NCBI GenBank assembly: GCA_010093815.1
Contig: ML996567.1
Reading direction: 5' to 3' (one strand)
DNA from: Pseudovirgaria hyperparasitica
Lineage: Eukaryota
DNA length: 64,000 nucleotides
Positions 1-10,441 of the stretch are shown here, in pieces. The notes beneath the pieces were generated by a model. It saw nothing but the letters and a program-made list of their open reading frames with translations, was not told where the DNA came from and did not search any database. The first letter of the stretch is position 1. The number at the start of each line of letters is the position of its first letter. The translations under genes and the position numbers were made by a program.

Positions 1-453
1 ACGGAGGCACTGATGGAGTCGAGGGGCAGGTCGGCGGCGCGGCCATAGTCCCAGTCGCGCTCCATTGGCGTTTTGAGAGTTGTGAGGGTGCGTAGTTCGG
101 CCCAGGGGATGTAGTCAGCCCAGCGGCGGTGGTACCAAGTGTTGCGCATTATGGAGCGTTTCACGGGGACGATGGAGCCTTGTGTCGTTGTCAGTGGCTG
201 CCTCGATCATTGATTGCAATCAAATGAGACAAATGACGGAGCGAGTACGAAGATTGTACATACCCTTCTTCCCAAATGTCGCGACATTCTTGAGTAGTCG
301 GACGGTAATGAAGTCTGCCTTGTTCGTGTCCGTCTTCTTCCCGCGAGTCTGCTGCTGTTGGAAGGGGAGCCAAGCCTTGAGGCCATATTCAGAGATTCGT
401 CGTGAGCACGATATGCATTGTGGAAGGAGAGAAGGGCGCGTAAGAGATGCCAT
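1..453 (-). CDS. MRPL50: Mitochondrial ribosomal protein bL9m (L9 N-terminal domain); 3' end runs off the window. Exons 453-264 and 178-<1
   Basis: Presequence-like N-terminus ending QQQTRGKK. Splicing the GTATGT..CAG intron (263-179) gives ITVRLLKNVATFGKKG|SIVPVKRSIMRNTWY, which matches the L9 N-domain pattern (VxLLxDVxxLGKKGxIVxVxxGxxRN). Confidence 0.8.
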
Positions 454-846
454 CGAAGTTGAATCGCGGTCGTTGGGGTGACGAAGCTCTCATGAAGCTT
501 TGCAAGATATGATCTTTTGGGAGAAAGTTGCGGGTAGCGCGTATAATTGAGCACGATAGGCGTACAGCGATGCCCGCGGTCAGCTCCCGCTCTGGGCACC
601 TCCGCTGACCGCCGACACTGGCCGGAAGCGCTAGACAGTGGACGGAGGCATATATGCCGTGGTAATAGTGAAAGGGAGTTGTGAGCTGTCTGTGCCCTGC
701 CTGGTCTCCTCCAATGGCAGTTACAGGTTTTCAAAGTTTCACTTTGCCTGTGTCTGTATCAATCGTATTGCGCTGCTTCATTCTGTGGTAACACAGCGCC
801 ACTGGCCAATTTCGGAAACGTAATCGCATCCAAACCTCGCATCGCC

Positions 847-2760
847 ATGCCGGACAAGCCTCTCACAATCGCAACATACGCTGCTGGTGCCTCCCTAGCA
901 GCCATCACCCTCGTGTACGTCTTCGGCCCTACATTCTTCCTCGACGAAGAGAGTTCCAGCGCGAACCGCAAGAAAGGCGTTGTCGGCCTTAGTAATCCCG
1001 CAAATGACTGCTTCATAAACGCGAACCTACAAGCTCTTGCGGGGCTCCCCGAGCTTCGATTATATTTAATCCGAGAGACACATAGGAGGAAACTCGATGG
1101 CGACGTGCTGTACGCGGTAGATCCAGCCGGTCGCTATGAAGACGAGCACAAACGTGAAATTACGCCGTGGAAGCTGGAGGGACTGCAAAAGGGCGTGGTG
1201 ACACAGGGACTGAAAGATGTGCTTGACAGGCTGAATGAAAGGCCGATATATAAGAAGACAATATCCGCACAGAGCTTCATCGGGATCTTGGAAAGGGCGT
1301 TTCAGACTAGGATCAGCCGGCAGCAGCAGGATGCGCAGGAATTCTTGCAAGTGGTTACTGAGAGACTATGCGACGAGTATCATGCTGGTATAAAGGCAAG
1401 GCGGAAAGCGAAGAAGCTAAATACTGGTACTTCGTCGGCTGAAAAGAAGGAGGAAGACGAGGACACCAAGGAAGTAGCAGACTCACAGTCCGAGGTTGTG
1501 CTGGAAAAGAGCACAAACCAGCCAGACGCCTTTGGTAAAGAGACGGAGAAGCACCAAGAGGAAGATCAGGAGAAAAATGTTGAAGATGACGAAGAAGGGT
1601 TCCCGTTCGAGGGCAAGATGGAATCAATCATCGAGTGCCAAACATGTCATTTCCGGCCGAAGCCCTCCGTTTCAACTTTTGTCACGCTCACGCTCAGTGT
1701 CCCGCAAAAAACATCGGCTACTCTGAACAACTGTTTTGATGGTCTAATGAAAGTTGAGCACATAGACGATTACAAGTGCGACTACTGTCGACTCGATCAT
1801 GCTTTGAAGTCCAAGCGGAAGCTGCTATCAGCTGTCTCCACGCAGGAGGTGAAGGCCACAATACAATCAGATATCGATAAGCTTGAGCAAGCTTTAGAGA
1901 AAGACCCAGAGAGGCCACCGGAGGACGTGGAGTTGCCAGACTCGAAATTGGCCCCAAAGACACGCATCGAAAGACACGTACGGATATCAGAGTTTCCAAA
2001 GATACTCGCGATACATCTGTCTCGATCGCTGTACTCTGCAACGACTCTCTCTACGAAGAATATGGCCAAAGTCACATTCCCTGAAAGTCTACCTCTAGGT
2101 GGACTTCTGGATCAAAAGCGATATCGGCTTCTGGGAACTGTAACTCATAAAGGAGGCCATAACTCAGGTCATTATGAATCATTTCGCCGTCAGATAACAT
2201 CTCCACCGTACTCAACACCTCACTCGTTCGGTCAAGACGGTGTCTATAGCATACAACCAAGCCCTAATCCTTCTATTGCAGCTAGCCCTTATTCTACCAC
2301 TCCAACTCTCAGGCCAACAAACGGTACAGATGTACCACCGACCTCGGATCCAACCACATTACCCTCTCCTCTTTCCCCTGTGAAGTCACGCGATTCAACT
2401 GCCCCTTCATCTGTATCAACGCGCTCGTCATCCACGCAGCAAACTCCCAGACCATCAGCTTCGTTAACAAAGGAGTCATCTGACTCAGCTCATCCCCGAG
2501 TAAGTGAGTCGTCACTACGGCCACCGACTGTCACATCACTAGCTACCTCAGAACCCAAAACCCCCAGCTCAAAGACACCTTCAATTGTCGATATCAAGAA
2601 TCTGAAGCCCAAGTCGAGGAAGAAACAGCCACTCAATCGATGGTGGCGGATTAGTGATGAGAAGATCAAGGAATGTAAGACTAGTGAGGTACTGGCCATG
2701 CAAAAGGAGGTGTATCTATTATTCTATGAGCTCGATAAGCGGACCGACGAAGAAACGTGA
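847..2760 (+). CDS. UBP16: Ubiquitin-specific protease (USP/C19), membrane-anchored Ubp16-like
   Basis: N-terminal hydrophobic anchor (AAGASLAAITLVYVFGP), Cys box GLSNPANDCFINANLQAL, QQDAQEFL, His box HKGGHNSGHY and WWRISDEK; 637 aa single ORF. Confidence 0.9.
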   Translation: MPDKPLTIATYAAGASLAAITLVYVFGPTFFLDEESSSANRKKGVVGLSNPANDCFINANLQALAGLPELRLYLIRETHRRKLDGDVLYAVDPAGRYEDEHKREITPWKLEGLQKGVVTQGLKDVLDRLNERPIYKKTISAQSFIGILERAFQTRISRQQQDAQEFLQVVTERLCDEYHAGIKARRKAKKLNTGTSSAEKKEEDEDTKEVADSQSEVVLEKSTNQPDAFGKETEKHQEEDQEKNVEDDEEGFPFEGKMESIIECQTCHFRPKPSVSTFVTLTLSVPQKTSATLNNCFDGLMKVEHIDDYKCDYCRLDHALKSKRKLLSAVSTQEVKATIQSDIDKLEQALEKDPERPPEDVELPDSKLAPKTRIERHVRISEFPKILAIHLSRSLYSATTLSTKNMAKVTFPESLPLGGLLDQKRYRLLGTVTHKGGHNSGHYESFRRQITSPPYSTPHSFGQDGVYSIQPSPNPSIAASPYSTTPTLRPTNGTDVPPTSDPTTLPSPLSPVKSRDSTAPSSVSTRSSSTQQTPRPSASLTKESSDSAHPRVSESSLRPPTVTSLATSEPKTPSSKTPSIVDIKNLKPKSRKKQPLNRWWRISDEKIKECKTSEVLAMQKEVYLLFYELDKRTDEET

Positions 2761-3046
2761 GCTTGGTGCGTTATATAATCGTTATTCGGGGGTTGGTGGC
2801 TGTTTTCATGCTTCCGGAGTGGGTGAAGCAATTGCGGGTGATACTGACGTGGAGCGGCATCTTTCATTGGCTTCTATGTTTACATGTTTATTTCAAAGAT
2901 CAGGAAATGTACAGCTAGCCTGTTATATATCTCAAGACGTATGCCACCGAACGTCTCTGTACTGTAGGGTAGATGAAGCTTGATATCAGAGATTTCTCCA
3001 AAAATCTGGTGAATCTGCGAAAAGCCAAAAGAAAGCCAAAACAAAA

Positions 3047-3170
3047 GCGTGTACAGGGGAATTGATCCCCTGACGTTCCGCTCCTTCTGATTTAGGGATC
3101 CCAGATTCTGCCCTAAGATACTTTATAGGGTGTTGGGAAACCATTGTTTAACCCACTGAGCCTTCTGACC
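3047..3170 (-). pseudogene. Degenerate tRNA-derived element (tRNA pseudogene or SINE-like) with an intron-like insert
   Basis: Minus strand has A-box-like AGGCTCAGTGG, a T-arm CAGGGG-ATCAATT-CCCCTG (B-box-like) and then TTTT. The acceptor and D stems do not pair. Confidence 0.55.
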
Positions 3171-4165
3171 GAATATAATATGACAAGATTAATTTTGCTT
3201 TATAAAGGGCCGTTAATACGTCTTCGACGGACTCGAGAGGACTTTCGTGCTTGGCACCTTGAACAGACTGTGTGCATGGTACCACAAGTTGCTACCCCCT
3301 GGAATTGAGAATGGCTTGTTTCACGTCGTGTGCTGTAATATACAAGCTTCACTCCATTTTTTCTCACCGGCGTTCCGCGAACGGATATTCGGTACGTAGC
3401 CGTTCAATCCACCCACATACCACCAAAAGACTGGTTTATACGTGCCCGGGTATAGTACATCCGGCCTCTCCCTGGGCGAGATCGACGATACTATTTACGC
3501 ATAGTCGGAACTGTCGAGCCTTCACATCAATTCTCTGTACTTTGTTCTCCCCCCTACATACATCCCTTGGCATAATATCTCGCCACCCCACTGTGTTTCG
3601 AAACGCATGCTCTATTTCCTGTCGGTTCAGGTATTAATTCACCCGCCCTTGAGCTACCCCCTGTCTGACATACGCTCACACTAACGTTCACGCCCAGGCT
3701 TTGACTCGTAAACTTCCTCATAACCTATATTCTGTGACGCCCTACACGCCTAAACGTCTTCGAAATATGATGATGGGCAAACACCGGCGTTACACCGCAA
3801 ATACCGATTCCATCGAGTAATAAGTCGTGACTTTAGAAAGCTTACCACTCGGGTCAATGGGCTGTGGGAGAATGGAAGAGACTATTAAGCGTTTAGGGGT
3901 ATAGAGACCAGGTCGATAGGAGCCTCTGATACGAGCTGTGGTGTTTGTAGGGAGAGGAACTACAATGGTTCCAAGGTATGAGATATATATCCGGATACAG
4001 GGCAGATGCGTCAAGGGCGCCTATATGATCATCAAGAAGTCCAAGCTGTGGTGTAATGCACTTTGTTCGTATGGGATACTGTGCATAGTGATTATAAAGG
4101 GCTATTACCGGGGACAAACTGCCCGCACCCACGTCCCAATTCGGGTCGTCGATACAGCCACGTTG

Positions 4166-4290
4166 ACTCAGCAAAATCTTACTCGGCTCAACCTCGGCTC
4201 AATACGCTTACGATTGCACCGCCTCAACTCACGCTTGCTCACGGACACCTCAAACCTGGCCCTGACATTACAATGCTAGGCAGTTGCTCA
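4166..4290 (+). repeat. Degenerate ~10-bp-period (G)CTCA array (left array)
   Basis: NCTCA/NCTTA units start at 4166, 4177, 4186, 4197, 4206, 4227, 4237 and 4248, with a further GCTCA at 4286. Confidence 0.6.
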
Positions 4291-4420
4291 TTGCGGCGGT
4301 GACTCGCTATATCCGTCATAATCTTCACGTGATCTAGTTGCCAAGCAAAACGTGAGCTTGGTCGCTCCAGTCAACGCCCATAACCTGCGAACTGCGGCTC
4401 AATTTCGACTTTAAATCCCC

Positions 4421-5908
4421 ATGGCCACCACGACCAGGACTCTATGTCAATCATGGTCCATCAGTTGGACGCGCCGCGCCTACCATGAAGATCACTGGAA
4501 GCCCAGCGAAGAACCTCGACGACGTCGCCTACCCATCATTGCACATTCTTCTCACATGCAGTGGCACATCGCGATTACTTTCGAAGGGTCACTGCACTCA
4601 GACAGGATCTCACGGGCAAACATAACCCAGAGACGGGAGGATTTTGAGGATCTTTGTTCTTGCCTCGACTTCGAAAATTTGCAACTCCTGGACGATACTG
4701 TAACGGAGCTGCTCATCAAGCGCAAAGACGACACCACGCCACCCTACTACGATGAGGACGAGATCGTAGTTCCTAAACGTAGCCTGCCGTTGAGGAAGAA
4801 GCCACTTGCCGAAAGCGAGTATCATTCAGTCTCCGCTGATCTACGGCTTTACGTACGAGAAGACCCGTTCCGCGTGCGCTTTCCGCCGCTTGATTGTACC
4901 ACCGGCGTCCCGACTGTGGAATATTCAAGAATTACAACAATACGTGAACTGAGCGCCGGGGTACATGAGGTACGCATCACAGGTCATGCCGGATCTTATG
5001 TTTTCAAAGAAGTGGATAGGCCGCTCTACAATCCAAGAGACAGTGCAGTTCTGGATCAGGAGTTGGAGAACCTGGAAAAGTTCCGCGGGGTGGAGAATGT
5101 GGCACAGTTGATCGCTGCCATTGTTTCCTCCAATCCGTATCAAACCTCTCAAGCCAGCAAAACCGATTCCCACAAGGAAACCGATTTTACCAAGACCGTG
5201 GACATACATGACTCAGTCTTCTTGCGAGGCATCCTTCTTGAATACTATCCAAATGGTACGCTGGAAGAAATGTTGAAAAATGCACAGAACGCTTCACTAT
5301 CAGTAGCTCGGCCCTGGCTCAAGTGGGCCTTTCAAATTGCTAATGCACTGGCATGTCTACATGGGCGGGGTGTAGCTCATATGGATATCAAACCATCAAA
5401 TATCCTCATAAGTGCGACTGATGACGCTGTGATTACGGATGTGAGTGGAGTCGGCGGTGTAACTCGAGAATGGCTAGCTCCTGAAATGCTCGATATGCTT
5501 GATCCATTGTCTGAGAGTATGGGGTCACGAATGCGGAACGATATCTGGGCACTTGGGAGCCTTCTTCTACAAATGGCAAATGCTGCTTGTATAGGAAAGG
5601 AGCAACTTCATTGCATTGGAATCAGCGCTACAGTAGAGAACCCCTCTTTACGACCTTCTGCTCAAAGCTTGGTCTCCAACCTAATCGAACTCGGCACTGG
5701 GCGAGCATTGGAAAGAGGTGAAGACAATGAAATAGAGCCTAAGTGTCAAGTGTTCGGGCGAGTCTGTACGTTTGTACTGCTCTTGTCAATTTCTGTAGGG
5801 GATCTCGATTCATTCATAGTACTATCCTCAAAACGCCTCAAGACATGCAATTCTCGTATCTCCCTCTTTCCAAACCATGAATTCGAAACAATCCAAACAG
5901 TCTTGTAA
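4421..5908 (+). CDS. Atypical protein-kinase-like protein with an uncharacterised N-terminal domain
   Basis: YVFKEVD (beta3 Lys), QELENL (alphaC Glu), HMDIKPSN (catalytic loop), TDVSG in place of DFG, WLAPE and DIWALG; no Gly-rich loop. Confidence 0.85.
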   Translation: MATTTRTLCQSWSISWTRRAYHEDHWKPSEEPRRRRLPIIAHSSHMQWHIAITFEGSLHSDRISRANITQRREDFEDLCSCLDFENLQLLDDTVTELLIKRKDDTTPPYYDEDEIVVPKRSLPLRKKPLAESEYHSVSADLRLYVREDPFRVRFPPLDCTTGVPTVEYSRITTIRELSAGVHEVRITGHAGSYVFKEVDRPLYNPRDSAVLDQELENLEKFRGVENVAQLIAAIVSSNPYQTSQASKTDSHKETDFTKTVDIHDSVFLRGILLEYYPNGTLEEMLKNAQNASLSVARPWLKWAFQIANALACLHGRGVAHMDIKPSNILISATDDAVITDVSGVGGVTREWLAPEMLDMLDPLSESMGSRMRNDIWALGSLLLQMANAACIGKEQLHCIGISATVENPSLRPSAQSLVSNLIELGTGRALERGEDNEIEPKCQVFGRVCTFVLLLSISVGDLDSFIVLSSKRLKTCNSRISLFPNHEFETIQTVL

Positions 5909-5910
5909 CT

Positions 5911-6357
5911 TCAACTGAATATGCTGAAATCGACGAAACGCCGGTTACTCTGTGCTGTTCGTTCTACGGTGTGCTTCCGAAGTATACGAAGTGTTAGAAA
6001 TGCCTTTAACATCAACTCCTCATATCCTGCAAGTCGCACGAAAGTACCATCACCCTTTATATAACCCACATGAGCATCTTCTTCTTTCTCATCGAGCTCA
6101 TCATCACTACTATTGTCCTCGTCGCTAGACTCGCATGTATCGGGTACAATGAACGCCAGGTCTTTAGCGGTGGGCTCCTTATCGTCGGAAGAGGCCTCTA
6201 CACTTGAATCAGCCTCGCTAACATCGTCGTCGATATTCTGGCTATCATCGTCTCTATCATTCTCATCACGGATCCTATCCAAGCTGAAGTTGTCCCAATC
6301 ATCTTCCTCCATCTCACTATCCAAATCAGAGAACTGGTCACGTCGCTGGGCGGACAT
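5911..6357 (-). CDS. Small acidic hypothetical protein (148 aa)
   Basis: ATG-initiated ORF with a D/E-rich N-terminal two-thirds and a folded-looking basic C-terminus; its stop lies 2 bp from the kinase stop. Confidence 0.55.
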   Translation of the reverse strand: MSAQRRDQFSDLDSEMEEDDWDNFSLDRIRDENDRDDDSQNIDDDVSEADSSVEASSDDKEPTAKDLAFIVPDTCESSDEDNSSDDELDEKEEDAHVGYIKGDGTFVRLAGYEELMLKAFLTLRILRKHTVERTAQSNRRFVDFSIFS

Positions 6358-6575
6358 TATTATTTGAACAGAATTTGGTTATGCGTCGATTGGAAACTAA
6401 ATTCACTGGGCTAATAGCTCTAACTTAGATGTAGGCCGTCAAAACGCGAAGGGGTCGTTTGGATGAAAGGTCCAAATTCAGGACCCTGATTGATTAGACA
6501 CGAAGGGGGCCAAGAATCAGACCACTGTGTGAGGCTGTCTACTTAGACCCATATTAGCCGCGGCAACTGCTCCGA

Positions 6576-6935
6576 TCAGGCTTTGACGATCCGAGGATAG
6601 GTCGAAATCATGGAGTTGAACGAGATCTCTGTCTCGTGAACCCCTATGAAGATTGTGTGAAGTGCCTCCCAGCGCGTGTACTGACAGGGCGAAATCTTTG
6701 ATGGATCTGGAAGGGTTGATGTATATTGTTGCGCCTCGTCGGTCGGCGATGAGTCTGCACTTATAGATGCCGTGCACTTGCTTCGGAGAAAGTGTCGAAT
6801 TTGCTCAAGATTCTCGCTGAAATGAACAGCTTTTGTGGAAGTACTAGACGAAGTAGAAGGCCGTAGAGGGGATTTTACAGCCTCACCTGATTTCTTGCGA
6901 ACAAGTTTTAAATGTGACATGATGATGAGAACCAA
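6576..6935 (-). pseudogene. Fragment of a PP1 glycogen-targeting subunit (Gac1/Pig-like), lacking the CBM21 domain
   Basis: LVRKKSGEAVKSPLRP...KAVHFSENLEQIRHFL resembles the conserved RKKSGE + RVxF (KAVHF) segment of fungal Gac1-like proteins; no CBM21 region is recognisable after it. Confidence 0.7.
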
Positions 6936-8719
6936 CCTTAAAGCATTGTGAGATGAGCAGAGTGCTCTGGCTTAAATATGGTTTCACTCCGCCCTGCTTT
7001 CAAATATGCGCTTACCCGGACGTTGAAAGGATGCCACTATTCGACCAATCAGGCGGTTTGTGGTGGCAGTGCATATCTGACGGGGGCCCGAAAATGGGAC
7101 CTTTCGAATATTCAGCTCGGGGTAATTATTGAGTCAAGCTACAACACCAATTCGACTTAATTAGTTTCAAAGCCTGGTTTGACTCAACGTGGTGGATGAG
7201 GCAGGATCAGAAAGTGACTTAGACCTATGAATATGAACCTGTGTAACTTGATTGTGCTGTCACACTGACTAAATAAATGCGAGGAATGACCTGGTTATAG
7301 ATCTTTAACTACATGAACTCCTTCGCCATAAGAATTTCCGGCTCATTATCTTTAACATTTTGTTGACTTGCCAACAAGAGTCGTTTTTGCAAATCCGGCA
7401 AGAATCGTTTCTGTAAATCCATCACCTTTCCCATAATACCCCCAAGGACGTAGACGTGAAGAGGTCTAGTTGTGAGTCGACAGATACGCTGCATGTCCCC
7501 GTAATAGTAATACAATGCCAATCTGATCATCAGCAAGGCCTCTTACTCTTACGATCAACATAAGATGTGGCACTCCACATGTAAAATCGCAGTTCGTGTT
7601 ACCGCATGTATATCTATAGACTGTGTTTGTGGTGAGGAACCTCCGCTCGATTTGAAATTCGAAGAAGAGGAGATCATGCATAACCTGGCAAAAGTTATTT
7701 CCTGGTAGGCAGCTTTCGATGACGGATGACTGAGAGGAGCCTTCCAACACCCTATCATCAACAGATGACGCTTCATTGGTGATGAGGCTTTTGCTATCCG
7801 CCATTGTAGATGTAAAGAGAAGACGATGCGAGTTGCGAAGAAGAAGCGTGGGAAAGAGTGTTTGAGAGGAGAAGCAGCATGTCTGATAACAGAGATATAT
7901 AGCATCGAACCGGAGGGGTCTGATTTCAGGGCTACAAGACTTCAAACCGAATCGTCATCATATTCGCAGCCCGGGTCCCAGAACTGGTACCTTCCCTCCC
8001 TTACCCTATAGAGAGCTGTTCGAGGTGGTAGGCCTCCCAATATACACGACCCTAGGCTTAACGTACTGCATCTCCAACCTTTGTGTCTCAACAATGCTTT
8101 GGGAGGCATCTCTCAACTCGGCATACTTTTGACATCTCCTTAGTTCGGGGTGTTGTCCGGAAGACGCTTTCAAGATTGAGGTCCGATCGTGAAGCTGCGA
8201 AGTGCTGCAATCTTTAGAGACAATGGATTAGTGCTGTGAGAATGCCGAAATTTCTAGAGCGAGCTCCAAGTCGTCTAAGATCTGCTCGGCTCTCTAGATC
8301 AGGTCATGGAGATTTTCTTCAGCTTCGAGAATCAAGTCTGCGGACAAGTCTGAAAGCAATAACTTGTTGTTACGTGTTTGAGGTTCCATGTGGTAAATGG
8401 TCCCAATGTTATTCACAGGATATGTGTGCAAGCTACTAATAGACAGAGAGCTCATCAAGGGAGAGAGCAATTATAACTTACATTGATGAATGTGGTGGTG
8501 CCGATGAGGCACCAGTTTTGGAACCTGCTGCTGAAATGCTTGTCCAAGAAGGGCTCCAATACCATACCCCTGTGACTTGGCTCACACGGCGCCGTAAGAG
8601 GGATAACATGATCGTTCAAAACACATCTTGCTTGAGTTCTAATTATATTGATCCTGCTTTGGCTAACTACATGATATTTCCTTATTGTTCTCATAGTCAC
8701 ATAGCGTCATTGCCCCATA

Positions 8720-9196
8720 CTACTCACAAAGTCCGGACATTGAGGCCGTAGAGCTAGACGCTTTCGTCCTAGCTTGGGTACGAGTGAGGAATTCTAAGAA
8801 AGATTCACTCTTCTTTCCAGCCGGTACGCAATCCTCCACATCATACTCCATCTGCATTTCGTGGAGTTGTTTGCTTAATGCCGCGTGTGCGACGAAATTT
8901 CGAAAATGCATTTCTTTGTATAGCTTTTCGTCAACAAGGTCTTGAAGATATAGCATCTCGAATAGGTACATATTGTAATGGCTTGAGGTGTTTAATATCG
9001 AAACTTCTGAGAAGTGTTCGCTTTCAGACACCTCCTTTATAACGATGGGGGCCCAAATGCGGAACCTTCGGGGTACCAGAATCGAGTCTTCGTCAGGAGC
9101 CGCACTAGAGAGCATAATCAGTAATCGTTGCGCCACAGAGCGCTGGTCAAACCTGTGTCTCCAAATCACTTCATCACCTAGTTGCGACTGCCATGC
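8720..9196 (-). CDS. Hypothetical protein or gene fragment
   Basis: ~158-aa ORF with protein-like composition; no recognisable motif. Confidence 0.3.
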   Translation of the reverse strand, partial: AWQSQLGDEVIWRHRFDQRSVAQRLLIMLSSAAPDEDSILVPRRFRIWAPIVIKEVSESEHFSEVSILNTSSHYNMYLFEMLYLQDLVDEKLYKEMHFRNFVAHAALSKQLHEMQMEYDVEDCVPAGKKSESFLEFLTRTQARTKASSSTASMSGLCE

Positions 9197-9245
9197 CACC
9201 TCCTAATCCCCGCCAAGCCCTTTGTTGGCTTCACAAGGAACCATG

Positions 9246-10053
9246 CTATTGAACCAATTTAGCGAGAGCTGCGATGAAAAAGGCAACTCCTACATTAGCC
9301 CTTTTGGTAATATATGCACCAACAACGCTTCCGAAAACTAGACTAAGCAAAGAGGTAAACCGATAGTTTCGAGGGCTGTTGGAAGCCTTGTGTAACTTGG
9401 CGTCTACTAGAAGGTCAATATATGTTGATGTTGACATCGATGTGAGCTCGGATCTGGAGAATCCCCGAGTTACGACAAATTGAGATGCGGAAGAAAAGGA
9501 CAAGAAGGAGAGAATGATATATCCAGCTGGACTACCTTAATCAACGGCACATGAGTAGTTGATGACACCGGCAGCCCAAATGAGGGTTGCTTGAGTCAAA
9601 GAAGAAACTACGAGCCATATTCGACGTCTACTACTTCCCAGCATTCTTTTAGCTTAACCCGTCGCATAAGCACCGGCAATAAAAAAGGAGAAGCAAGCAC
9701 CGCTAACACCGTAATGAAGAGCTGTTGGTGCAAGTCCTGTCGCTCCGATGGTAAGATATTTCGTATTACTGATTGGGTTCGAAGCGGAGCAAGAGAAGGC
9801 AAGAAACTGATCTATCTTATTAGCAAAACAGCACATTGTGAGAGCAGTACAGACTTACGACAGAAGCATCTTAAACACCATTACTGAAAGTAAAGAACAA
9901 GAGCGCAAGCTCAAGATAACCATTCTCGTGGATGCGCTCCTCGAGATGCGACCAATAAATATCCTCTCGACGATGGGCTGGAAATCTGGTCGTCCCCTCT
10001 TCAAGGCTAATTTCCAAAGATATCCCTATGCACGATCTGCTACGGACATTCAT
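9246..10053 (-). pseudogene. DUF1275 (YoaK-like) membrane protein pseudogene
   Basis: Reconstructed LELALLFFTFSNGV*DAS / FSCSASNPISNTKYL / RIWLVVSSLTQATL / ELTSMSTSTYIDLLVD..RNYRFTSLLSLVFGSVVGA. TAA stops at 9871, 9654 and 9537; one GTAAGT intron. Confidence 0.8.
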
Positions 10054-10441
10054 GGAGATCCTTTAGATCAGGTATGAGCACGGCAGCACCTACAACGCAG
10101 ATGCTGTAACTTCATAGCAAACCGTGAGGTGTGATCGCGGTATAGCAAGTATCCCTCTATGACTTCACAAGTAAAGAGATGTGTAGTTACGTGTCAATCT
10201 TCGTGTTAGTCTCTACACTAGAGTTGAAGGGCTGAAAACGGGACTGATCCAACTGTCTCAAGGGTACCAAAACTGGACCCCAGAACATGTGAAGAAGCAC
10301 TAACGGAAGCACCGCCTCGACGCGCTCACACGCAGCCACATGGAATGCTTCTTTGCGACCACCTCCTGCGCTTCCAGGTAGGTAGGTAGACATGTAACAC
10401 GGTGTGCGCATCTCCAGCAGCTGCTGTTCCATCCTCCTTGT

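Noticed and set aside
4421..5908. Spok-type meiotic driver
   Set aside because: Lacks the coiled-coil, nuclease and Cys-cluster architecture; only a kinase domain is shared.
7309..7945. Spliced minus-strand gene
   Set aside because: The overlapping short ORFs could not be joined in frame with a credible intron, and no motif was recognised.
8250..8352. Third phased array (TCTAGA/CAAGTCTG recurrences)
   Set aside because: Too few and too irregular units to distinguish from chance.
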